Notes under the pieces: generated by a model | Databases searched by the model: none | What the model saw: the letters and a program-made list of their open reading frames with translations, nothing else | What the model was told of the DNA's origin: nothing | Made by a program: the position numbers and the translations under genes | In this document: in pieces, positions 20,173-29,162 of the stretch | Numbering within the stretch: position 1 is the first letter of the stretch | Layout of the letters: every line of letters begins with the position of its first letter | Origin: an uncultured Gemmatimonadaceae bacterium | GTDB lineage: Bacteria > Gemmatimonadota > Gemmatimonadetes > Gemmatimonadales > Gemmatimonadaceae | DNA length: 64,000 bases | Direction: 5' to 3' | Assembly: GCA_963751275.1 (NCBI GenBank) | Contig: CAVVTZ010000005.1 | Coordinates: forward strand, 43,956-107,955

Positions 20173-22104
20173 TACCGGAGATCCTCGATCGCGCGGCCCG
20201 ACACGTCAGGCCAGTCCCACACGACCTTCTCCTCGTCGAGGAAGAAGCTGTCGGCCTCGCGGCCATCGATCACGCGCGCCGGCGCGGGCGCGAAGCCGCC
20301 GCCCTCGAGCTCCTTCCGCGCGAACGACGCGTTGAGCGGCACGCCCACGACGCCGGCCGCCTTCACGAGGCGGTCCACCGTGGCCGCGAGCTCATCGACG
20401 TTGGCCACCGCGCGCGCCGAGAGGAAATCGACGAGCACGCGGTCGGCGTGCTGCCCCGACGCGGCGAGCATGCGCGCATAGAGCTTCTCGCGCAGCGAAT
20501 GGTCGGGCGGCTGGATCTCGACCACGAGCCCGCCCTCGAAGCGCGAGCGCAGCCGGTCCTCGAGGCGCTCGATCTGCCGCGGCGCGCGGTCGGCGCCGAG
20601 CACGATCTGCTTGCCGGCCGAGTAGAGGCTGTTGAAGACGTGGAACAGTTCCTCCTGCGTGCGCTCGCCCGTGGCGCAGAGCTGCACGTCGTCGATCAAG
20701 AGCGCATCCACGAGGCGGTAGCGCGCGCGCCACCGCTCGATGGTGCCTTCCTGCAGCGCGGCGATCAGCTCGTCGATGAACTGCTGCGCGTTCACGCACG
20801 CGACCGGCCGCGCGCCGCCGCCCGCCGCGATCATCTCGTTCGCGAGCGCGTGCAGCAGATGCGTGACGCCCACGCCGGGCGGCCCGTACAGGAAGAGCGG
20901 ATTGTACTTCCGCCCGGGTTCGAGCACGACCGTGTCCGCCGCGTGCACCGCGAGCTGGTTGGAGGGCCCCACCTCGAACGTCGCGCGCGTGAGGTCCGGA
21001 TCGGGTCCCGGCGGCGGCTCGGCGCCCCCCATCTGCCGCGCGACCAGCAGCTCCGCCTCGCCCACGCGCTCGGGATCCTTGAACACCTCCGACTCCGCGA
21101 GCACCGGATCGAACCGCATCGCCTCCTGTTCGAGTGCGCGCAGCCGCGCGATCGACGCTTCGTAGCCCTGCAGCAGCGCGTCGACGTCGGGCTCCTCCGT
21201 CTGCTCGAGCGTGCGCTCGAGGAGCGTCGTGCCGTAACCCAGCTGGTGCCAGTACGTCATCGCCTCCACCACGCGCACGCGCCAGGTGTCGATGTGCTGC
21301 GCCACCACGTCGCTGAGGTCGGAGAGGAAGCTCGCGAACTCCTGGCCGCGCGCCGGCGCCTGCGCCATCACCGGGGCCGGCATCGGGCTTCTCACCGAGC
21401 AGCTCGCGCACGTTCCGCACCGTCACCTCGGCCTCGCCCAGCGTCTGGCAGGCGATGAGGCGGTTGAGCGCGCCCTGCAGCTCGCGCACGTTGGAGAAGT
21501 TCATGCGCGCCACTTCGTCGAGCACGCCAGGCTCGAACGCCGCCTGGCGCTCCTCGCACTTCGCGCGCAGGATCGCGACGCGCGTCTCGTAGTCGGGCAG
21601 CCCGACATCCACGACCAGGCCGCCGGCGAAGCGCGAGATGAGCCGCTCGTCGAGGTCCGCGATCTCGTTCGGCGGCCGGTCGCTCGTGAGGATGATCTGC
21701 TTCCCCGCGCGCTGCAGCGCGTTGAAGAGGCGCAGCATCTCGCTCTGCGTCTCGCGCCGGCCGGCGAGGAACTGCACGTCATCCAGCAGCAGGATGTCCA
21801 CGTCCTGGAAGCGCTGCTTGTAGTTCTCGATCGTGCCCGACGACACGGCGGCCGTGAGCTCCTCGACGAACTCGTCGAGCGTGATGTACAGCGAGCGCAG
21901 GCTGGGCTGCAGCTGGATCGCCAGGTGGCCCACGGCGATCATGAGGTGCGTCTTGCCGAGCCCCGAGCTGCTGTAGATGAAGAGCGGGTTGTACGCCGTG
22001 CCGGGCGCCTGGGCCACGGCCTTCGCGGCGGAGACCGCGAGACGATTGGCCGACCCGACGATGTAGTTCTCGAAGCGATAGCGCGGATCGAGCTCCACCG
22101 TCAC
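20172..22104 (-). CDS. DnaA/Hda-family protein with two tandem AAA+ domains and no DNA-binding domain (frameshift ~21385)
   Basis: FENYIVGSAN..YNPLFIY..GLGKTH..DDVQFL..RLISRF..NVRELQGAL, then a second FEVGPSN..YNPLFLYGPPGVGVTH..DDVQ..RLRSRF; GTG start overlaps reconstructed mglA stop. Confidence 0.85.
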
Positions 22105-22710
22105 CGGCTCCCCGCGGGCGCCGCGGCGCTCAGCCGCCGCAGGACGAGCTCGCGCGATGCCGCGCAGCGTCTCGAACACGCCCGCGCCGTGCAGCGCGTC
22201 CGCCGCGAAGGACGGCACGCCGCGAAAATTCAGCGCGTCCTCCAGCGCGGGCACGCCGAGGATCATCTCCGACGGCAGGTCCTGCTTGTTGTACTGGATC
22301 ACGAGCGGCATGGTGCGCACGTCGATGCCGTGCTCGGCCGCGTTCGTGTGCAGGTCCTGCATGCTCTCGATGTTCTCCTGCAGCTGGCGCGCCTGGCTGT
22401 CGGCCACGAACACCACGCCGTCGGCGCCCTGCAGCACGAGCTTCCGGGTGGTGTGGTAGTACACCTGGCCCGGCACCGTGTAGAGCTGGAAGCGCGTGGT
22501 GAATCCGGAGATCATCCCGAGATCGAGCGGCAGGAAGTCGAAGAAGAGCGTGCGGTCGGTCTGCGTGGCGAGCGAGACCATCTTCCCTTTCCGGTCGCGC
22601 GGCACCTGCTCGTAAATGTAATGCAGGTTCGTCGTCTTCCCCGAACGGCCGGGGCCGTAGTAGACGATCTTGCAGGTGATCTCGCGGGTGGCGTAGTTGA
22701 CGAGGGACAC
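22101..22710 (-). CDS. mglA: MglA-family small Ras-like GTPase (frameshift ~22152)
   Basis: KIVYYGPGRSGKTTN, TDRTLFFDFLPL, YTVPGQV, DGVVFVADS, QYNKQD. Confidence 0.93.
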
Positions 22711-22717
22711 GGCGCGC

Positions 22718-23233
22718 TCAGGAAGTCGGGGGGACGATCGCGTCCCCGTTGGCGGCGCCGGCGGGCACGCGGCCGAAGAGCGCCGCGAGACTCCGCGCGA
22801 GATCCTGCTCGAGGCTCGCGGCCGCGAGCGGCGGTCCGTCGGCGCGCGGCGGCACCACCGTGGCGAGGCGCGCCGAGAGCGTGCCGAAGAACACGCGCAC
22901 CAGGCCGAGTGAACTCTCGTCGCCGAACGCCGTCAGAAGGATGAACGCGTCGCGCGCCGTGCGCACCTCGCCGATGAACACGTGGCGGTCGCGGCCGGCA
23001 TGATAGAGCTCGCGGAAGGGCTTCCCGTCGAGTTCGCGGCCGAGCTGGCCGGCCGACGCATGGATGCCGGCGGCGAGCGCGCACGCCGCCATCACATCCA
23101 CCGCGCGCGTGAAACCGAACTGGCCCAGCACCTGGCCGCTCGGGTGCAGCAGCAGCGCGAAGAGCACGCGCGCGTCGTCCACGAACTCCTGGAGCGGCGC
23201 CTCCACCCAGGCTTCGGCGACGTGGGTCTTCAC
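22718..23233 (-). CDS. MglB-like roadblock/LC7 protein (divergent)
   Basis: LLHPSGQVLGQ, ALAAG, SSLGLVR; directly upstream of mglA. Confidence 0.7.
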   Translation of the reverse strand: MKTHVAEAWVEAPLQEFVDDARVLFALLLHPSGQVLGQFGFTRAVDVMAACALAAGIHASAGQLGRELDGKPFRELYHAGRDRHVFIGEVRTARDAFILLTAFGDESSLGLVRVFFGTLSARLATVVPPRADGPPLAAASLEQDLARSLAALFGRVPAGAANGDAIVPPTS

Positions 23234-23577
23234 GTGAGCGACTCCACGCTCTGGAGCATCGCGCCGCGGATGAGCCCGATGTGCGCGCGCGGCTCGGCGA
23301 GCGTGATGATCACGAGTCCCTCGCGGCCGACCACGCACACGTGGCCGTCGGTGGCCTCCAGCTGGAGGAAGGTCACCTGCCCCAACCCCGCCGCCTGCGA
23401 CGACAGGCGCGCGCGCCGGTAGAGCGCGGCCGCGAGCGCCGCGACGACGCTCTCCGGCACCCCCACCTGGACGTTCGAATCCACGATGATCCCGTCGCGC
23501 TCGCCCACCACGAGGCAACCCAGCACGCCGCGCTGGCGGATGAGCGTCGCGAGGAGATCCTCGAACGGGGAGCTCAT
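23230..23577 (-). CDS. Roadblock/LC7 domain protein
   Basis: GVLGCLVVGERDGIIV..AALAAAL..HIGLIR. Confidence 0.85.
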   Translation of the reverse strand: MSSPFEDLLATLIRQRGVLGCLVVGERDGIIVDSNVQVGVPESVVAALAAALYRRARLSSQAAGLGQVTFLQLEATDGHVCVVGREGLVIITLAEPRAHIGLIRGAMLQSVESLT

Positions 23578-24419
23578 CCGACCTCCGACAGCCACATCGT
23601 GGCGCGGCGCACGCAGCGGTCGAGCACGCGCCGCACGAATCCGAGCGGCATCGCGTGCGATGCCGCGACGAGCACCATCGAGTCGTCGAGCGCCGGCGCG
23701 ATCGCGACCACGGCGACATCGGTCTCGTACAGGACGAGCTTCCACTCGCCGAGATCGAGATGGCGCACGGTGCGCTGCGCATCATCGCGCACGCCGGAGA
23801 GCTGCGCGCCCACCTCCTGCGCGACGTCCTCGCCGGTGGCGCTCACGTAGGCGCCCGCGGTCACGAGGCCATCGGAGTTGAGCAGGAGCGCCGTCTGCTC
23901 GCCGTCGCCCAGGATGTCGGCGAACAGGAAGTGCGCTTCCTCCTCTACGCGACGCTGCGCCGCCTCGAGCTCGGCGGGCCCCGGTTCGCTCGCGCCGTTG
24001 CCCGCGAGCCGCGCGTAGCGCAGCAGGCGGCGCACCATGCGCAGCGCCGTCGAGATCGACGCGTCGGAGCGGTCGCCCGACGCCGCGGCGCTGAGGTGGT
24101 CCTCCGCCTCCTCGAGTTTCCCCTGCTTGTACAGGACGTAGCCCATGCCCTTGCGCGCGCCGACGTGGTTCGGCGCGAGGCGCAGCACCATGTCCCACTC
24201 GTCGAACGCCTGCTCGAGCTCGTTGCGGTCCACGCAGATGCGCGCGAGCAGATCGTGCGCGTCGGCGTTGTGCGCATGGCGCTCGAGGCCGCGCGTCGCG
24301 ACGCGCAGCGCGAGATCGAGCTGCCCGCCCTTCCGCAGCGCTTCGCCGAGCTGCAGGAAGACCAGGCTCGACGGGTCGCGGGCGAGTTCGTCGCTGAGGC
24401 GGCGGATCTCGTCAGACAT
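23574..24419 (-). CDS. TPR + roadblock/LC7 domain protein
   Basis: N-terminal DPSSLVFLQLGEALRK TPRs; C-terminal LLNSDGLVTAG..LGEW..PLGFVRR. Confidence 0.8.
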   Translation of the reverse strand: MSDEIRRLSDELARDPSSLVFLQLGEALRKGGQLDLALRVATRGLERHAHNADAHDLLARICVDRNELEQAFDEWDMVLRLAPNHVGARKGMGYVLYKQGKLEEAEDHLSAAASGDRSDASISTALRMVRRLLRYARLAGNGASEPGPAELEAAQRRVEEEAHFLFADILGDGEQTALLLNSDGLVTAGAYVSATGEDVAQEVGAQLSGVRDDAQRTVRHLDLGEWKLVLYETDVAVVAIAPALDDSMVLVAASHAMPLGFVRRVLDRCVRRATMWLSEVG

Positions 24420-25818
24420 CGCCGAGCTCCTTCATCGCATTCCGCAGTCGCGCGGCCGCATCGGCCACGGCACGCACGTGCGAGGTGTCGGGGGCATCCG
24501 GCGCGAGGCGCTGGTAGCGCTCCCAGCCGGCGACGGCGTCCGCGAGATCGCCGCGCGACGCGGCGCAGGCGCCCAGCAGCAGGTACAGCGCGGGATTGAG
24601 CGCGTCGCGCTCGAGCGCCGCGCTCACCGTCTCCAACGCATCGTCCACCTGCCCCCCCTTGAGCTGGGCCCGCGCGAGCACGATCCGCGCCTCGACGGAG
24701 CCGTTGCTCGCGGCGACAGCCGCGGTCGCGGCATGCACCGCCTCATTGACGTGGCCATCGCGGAGCGCCGCGTGCGCGCGCTCGAGATGCGCCAACGCAT
24801 CGTCGCCTTCGCGCGCGACGGTCTGCGTCATCCGGGTCGTGCGCGTCGCGCGCACGGGCCGCGGGGGCGGCGGCGGCGCGGACGGTGGCGCGGGCGGCGG
24901 CGCGGCCACCGGCTCGGCCGCCGGCGCGGCGTCGGGCGGCGTCATCACCGACGCGCGATGCATCCCCGTGTGCTCGAGCGACGGCACGTGCAGCAGCGAT
25001 CCGGGCAGCGACACGACGTCCGGCGCTTCGGCGGCGCGCGCGGGCGGCGTCGCGCGGCGCGGCGGCAGCGACGGCGGAGGCGGCGGCGTGCCCGTGCCCG
25101 GCCGCAGCTCGACGATCCCGGTGGTCACCAGCCCGTAGATCACGCGCGCCACGTCGAACTCGCTCATCGACGTCGAGTTCGAGATCTCGCGCAGATCGCG
25201 CGATCCGTCGATCTGCGCGAGCACTTCCCACTCCTTGGGCAGCAGGTCGAGCGCGCCGGCGTGATCGGTGTCCACGCTCGAGAGCACCGGGACCACGCCG
25301 AGGTGCGGCACCTTCCCTTCGATGAGCGACCACTCATCGATGCGGCGCGCGCCTTCCATGAGCAGCGACTCGGTGGAGATGCGGATGTCCGCCTCCACCG
25401 GCGCGTCCGTCACCTCGCCTTCCTCGAAGGAGAAGAAGCCTTCGCGCCACGACATCATCTCGAAGACCACTTCTTCCACCTGGATGCGCACCTGGCGCTC
25501 CAGCTCCTTGCGCGAGAGCGCGCCGGCCTCGACGAGGATCGCGCCGAGTTGCCGCTTGTCCCCCTCGCGCCGCTGCTGTTCGCGCATGCGCGTGAGATCG
25601 CCCTCGGTGATCTTGCCCGCGCGCAGCAGCAGTTCGCCCAACCGGTGCGGATTGCTGCGGATGGACGCCGAGAGCACGCCGCCCCGGTCGAAGTACACGG
25701 TACCCTGGTTGTCGCGCAGCACCGACGTGACGGTGAGCGTCCCGGTCTTCCGGCTCAGGTCCAGCAGCTGGAAGACATCGTGGATGCCGAGCTCGCGGAG
25801 CGGGCCTTCGATCGCCAT
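24412..25818 (-). CDS. DUF4388 + MshEN-like + Pro-rich linker + TPR protein
   Basis: MAIEGPLRELGIHDVFQLL..KTGTL; ESLLMEGARRIDEW; C-terminal TPRs. Confidence 0.8.
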   Translation of the reverse strand: MAIEGPLRELGIHDVFQLLDLSRKTGTLTVTSVLRDNQGTVYFDRGGVLSASIRSNPHRLGELLLRAGKITEGDLTRMREQQRREGDKRQLGAILVEAGALSRKELERQVRIQVEEVVFEMMSWREGFFSFEEGEVTDAPVEADIRISTESLLMEGARRIDEWSLIEGKVPHLGVVPVLSSVDTDHAGALDLLPKEWEVLAQIDGSRDLREISNSTSMSEFDVARVIYGLVTTGIVELRPGTGTPPPPPSLPPRRATPPARAAEAPDVVSLPGSLLHVPSLEHTGMHRASVMTPPDAAPAAEPVAAPPPAPPSAPPPPPRPVRATRTTRMTQTVAREGDDALAHLERAHAALRDGHVNEAVHAATAAVAASNGSVEARIVLARAQLKGGQVDDALETVSAALERDALNPALYLLLGACAASRGDLADAVAGWERYQRLAPDAPDTSHVRAVADAAARLRNAMKELGDV

Positions 25819-28535
25819 CAGCTGGCCTCCTGGCGATGCCGGAAGATCCGGAGCAGGTCGGACGCCGTGCGCATCTCGCGCCGCGCGTTCTTGCCGAACT
25901 CGCCGTCGGGCTCGAGCTCCACGACGCGTTCCCATTCGCCGATCGCTTCGCGATAGCGGTGCTGGTCGGCCAGCAGCACGCCATGCAGGAAGAGCGCGCC
26001 CACGTGCCGCGGGTCGAAGCGCAGCACGCGCTCGATGGAGATGGCGGCGTCGCGCGGCCGGTCCAGCTCCAGCAGCGTCTCGGCGAGCACGAGCAGCGCC
26101 TCCACGTTGTACGGGTCGCGGCGCAGCAGGTCCACGAGCGGCGAGAGCGCGTCCTTCGCGCGGCCGAAGCGCCGGCGCACCTGCGCGAGCGCGAGGGTCG
26201 CCTCGACGTACGTGGGCACCGCGTCCAGCGCCGCGAGCAGTTCGGTCTCGGCGCCGGTCGCATCGTCCCGCTCGGCGAGCAGCCGGCCGAGTTCGTAGTG
26301 CACCACGGCGACGTCCGGATCGAGATCGAGCGCGTTCTTGTACGCCGCGATCGCCCCCTCCACGTCGCCGGCGGCGCGCGCCACATTGCCGAACTGGCGC
26401 AGCACATCGGCGCGCGCCGGCGCCAGCCGCCGCGCGTTCTTGAGCAGCTCGCGCGCCGCCGCCGGATCGCCCGCGTCGGCGCGCGCGCTGGCCACCAACA
26501 GGATCGATTCGACGGTGGATGGATCCGCGAGCAGCAGTTCCTCCGCCACCGCGCGCGCCTGCTCGGAGCGTCCCAGCAGCAGCAGCGCCCGCGTCTCGCC
26601 CGCGAGCGCGCGCGGCGCGTTGGCCGTGACGCTCCGCGCGTTCTTGTACCGCTCGAGCGCCTCGCCGTGCAGCCCCTGCCGGAGGAAGATGTCGCCGAGC
26701 AGGATCAGCCCTTCGCCGGTGTTCGCGCCGCGCACGAGCGCGCGGTTCACCTCGGCAGCCGCGCGGTCGAGCATCCCCTTCGAGAGATACTCCACCGCCA
26801 TCGCGTACGCCGTCTCGAGCGGCGCGGCGGCGGTCTCCACCGGCGGCGGCGTGAGCGGCTTCAGCTCCGTGAACAGCGCATCGAGCCGCGCGGAGTCGAA
26901 GGCGAACGTCTCCACCGCCTGCTCCACGCGCTGCGCGTCGCCCAGCGCGGGGGCGATGGAGAGATCGGGATCCTCGTACTCGAGATCGATCGCGAGCTCG
27001 AACTTCTGGCGCACGTAGAACGGATCCAGCTCCAGCGCGCGGCGCGTGGCGCGCAGCGCCCCCTCGAAGTCGCCGAGGTTCGAGAGCGTGAAGCCGAGGT
27101 TGTAGTGCGCCTCGGCGTAGTTGGGCCGCGTGTGGATCGCGCGGCCGAAGGCGTTGCGCGCGTCCTCGTACTTCTTGAGCTCGGCGAGCACGAGGCCGAT
27201 GCCGTTCCACGCCACCGGCTGCTCGGGATCCACCGTGAGTCCCTGGCGGTACGCCTCGAGCGCGAGCTGCAGCCGCTTCCCCTGGTAGAGCAGCAGCGCG
27301 AGGTTGAGCCACGCCTTCACGAAACCCGGATGCGCGGCGAGCGCGGCGCGGAACGCATTGATCGCGGCGTCGGTGTTGCCGCCGTGGTACTCGGCGACGC
27401 CGAGGTTGTTGTGCGCGATGGCGTACGCCCCGTCGAGCGCCAGGGCGCGACGGTAGCTCTCCGCGGCTTCGCGATGCCGGCCCTCCTGATGCAGCGCGAC
27501 CCCGCGCTCGCACCAGAGCTTGGGGCTCTCACTCTCCTCTTCGAGCAGCCGGTCGTACAACTCGATCGCCGACTTCGGATCGCGCTTGAGCAGGTGTACT
27601 TCGGCCATCGCCTGCAGCACCAGCGCGCGGTCTTCCTCCCGCTCGAGGGCGAGCCGGTATTCCCGCAGCGCCTCGGCGTAGTAGCCCTTCTGCCGGAAGG
27701 CGAGGCCGAGGTTGTAGTGCGCGAGCCCGCCCTCCGCCGCGACCTCCATCTGCGACGAGCGCCGCTCGTGCCGCTGCGGTACGAGCTCCTCGTACTTCGC
27801 GGCGTTGTAGCGGTCGATCGACAGGTTCGCCTGCGCGCGCGAGAGCGAGGGGTTGAGCTGGATCGCGCGCTTCGTGGAGGCGCGCGCCTCCTCGTGGCGG
27901 CCGAGGTCGCCGAGGACGAAGCCGAGCAGGTAGTGCGCGTCCGAGTTGTCCGGGTTGATGTCGATCGAGCGGCGGAGCGCGACGAGCGCCTCCTCGTTCA
28001 GTCCGCGGTTGTAGAGCACCTCGCCGATGTAGAAGCTGATGAGCGGGCTCTTCGGCTCCAGCGCCAGCGCGCGCTCGAACCAGCGCTGCGCGTGCTCGAG
28101 ATCGCCGCTCGCCTTCTCCGCGAGGCCGAGCTGCACGATCGCGCCGGCGTCATTGGGATGATGCTCGAGGATCGCGGTGAACTCGGCGACCGCCTCGGGC
28201 ACGTCGCCGAGCGCGGCGTAGGCGCGTCCCAGCTCCCAGCGCGCGTCGCGGTCGTGCGGATGCGAGCGGAGCCGGTCGCGCAACTCGGCGACGCGCCGGT
28301 CGTAATAGCCGGTGTTGAAGTACGCGACCTCGAGATTGCGCTGCGCCACCTGCATCTTGGGGTCCAGCTCCAGCGCCTGCTCGAACGACGATACCGCTTC
28401 GGCGTACATCCCCTTGTTGTAATAGAGGACGCCGAGGTTGTTGTGCGCCCCCGCATCGGATGGATCGATGCGCCGCGCGAACGACCGCAGGATGTCACGG
28501 TCGCGCTGCGACACGGGGGACAAGGGGCTCGTCAC
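25818..28535 (-). CDS. Large cytoplasmic TPR protein (905 aa)
   Basis: About 20 TPR-like repeats (AHNNLG, AHYNLG, AWNGIG); no signal peptide. Confidence 0.9.
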   Translation of the reverse strand: MTSPLSPVSQRDRDILRSFARRIDPSDAGAHNNLGVLYYNKGMYAEAVSSFEQALELDPKMQVAQRNLEVAYFNTGYYDRRVAELRDRLRSHPHDRDARWELGRAYAALGDVPEAVAEFTAILEHHPNDAGAIVQLGLAEKASGDLEHAQRWFERALALEPKSPLISFYIGEVLYNRGLNEEALVALRRSIDINPDNSDAHYLLGFVLGDLGRHEEARASTKRAIQLNPSLSRAQANLSIDRYNAAKYEELVPQRHERRSSQMEVAAEGGLAHYNLGLAFRQKGYYAEALREYRLALEREEDRALVLQAMAEVHLLKRDPKSAIELYDRLLEEESESPKLWCERGVALHQEGRHREAAESYRRALALDGAYAIAHNNLGVAEYHGGNTDAAINAFRAALAAHPGFVKAWLNLALLLYQGKRLQLALEAYRQGLTVDPEQPVAWNGIGLVLAELKKYEDARNAFGRAIHTRPNYAEAHYNLGFTLSNLGDFEGALRATRRALELDPFYVRQKFELAIDLEYEDPDLSIAPALGDAQRVEQAVETFAFDSARLDALFTELKPLTPPPVETAAAPLETAYAMAVEYLSKGMLDRAAAEVNRALVRGANTGEGLILLGDIFLRQGLHGEALERYKNARSVTANAPRALAGETRALLLLGRSEQARAVAEELLLADPSTVESILLVASARADAGDPAAARELLKNARRLAPARADVLRQFGNVARAAGDVEGAIAAYKNALDLDPDVAVVHYELGRLLAERDDATGAETELLAALDAVPTYVEATLALAQVRRRFGRAKDALSPLVDLLRRDPYNVEALLVLAETLLELDRPRDAAISIERVLRFDPRHVGALFLHGVLLADQHRYREAIGEWERVVELEPDGEFGKNARREMRTASDLLRIFRHRQEAS

Positions 28536-29152
28536 GCGATCCGGATGGCGCGCAGGATCACGCGCAGCGAAGCGAAGTCCGGCAGCAGCAGGAAGAAGCC
28601 GCGCAGATGGTCCGCCTGGTCATCGAACAGGAACTGCGTCTCCACCGCGAACACCGTGTCGCGGTCGGCGCCGAACTGCGCGTGCGCCGTCGTGAGCACC
28701 GCGGCCGACATGTCCACCACGAGACTCGGCGGCGAGGGCAGCAGCATGAGACCCAGGAAATCGCTGAGCGCGTTGAGATACGCGCCGCTCAGGATGTTGC
28801 CGGCTTCCTTCAGCGCGCTCTGTTCGAGCTCGGCGAAGGGCGCGGACGTGTCGCGCGGCCGCCGGAGCATCAGCTGGGCGAGGCGGATCGCCGTGCTGCG
28901 CGGGAAGACGAGCAGCGAGCGCCCCGTCAGGTCGCCGAGCATCTGCATCATCACGGCCGCGATCGGCTCCTCTTCATCCGCGATCTGCTGCGGCACGTCC
29001 TCGAGCGCCGCGATCGTGATGTGCGGCACCGAGATCATGATCCGGCTGTTGGTCATGAGCGAGAGCGCGGTGGCGGCGTGGCCGGCGCCGATGCTCGCCG
29101 TCTCGCGGAGCGCGTCGAGCTCCTTCGGCGTCAGGGAGAGAAGGTCGGACAT
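28532..29152 (-). CDS. cheC: CheC-family CheY-P phosphatase
   Basis: DALRETASIGAGHAATALS; SALKEAGNIL; LPSPP. Confidence 0.9.
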   Translation of the reverse strand: MSDLLSLTPKELDALRETASIGAGHAATALSLMTNSRIMISVPHITIAALEDVPQQIADEEEPIAAVMMQMLGDLTGRSLLVFPRSTAIRLAQLMLRRPRDTSAPFAELEQSALKEAGNILSGAYLNALSDFLGLMLLPSPPSLVVDMSAAVLTTAHAQFGADRDTVFAVETQFLFDDQADHLRGFFLLLPDFASLRVILRAIRIA

Positions 29153-29162
29153 GCGCGCTCCG

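Noticed and set aside
20172..22104. Canonical dnaA/oriC
   Set aside because: No domain I or IV, no dnaN, and no DnaA-box cluster or AT-rich region seen
20392..22710. 772-aa MglA-DnaA fusion ORF
   Set aside because: Removing one base at ~22152 gives a natural MglA end (ELVLRRLSAAAPAGSR*) whose TGA overlaps the GTG start of the DnaA-like gene, like the other junctions. Probably an indel artefact; reads would settle it.
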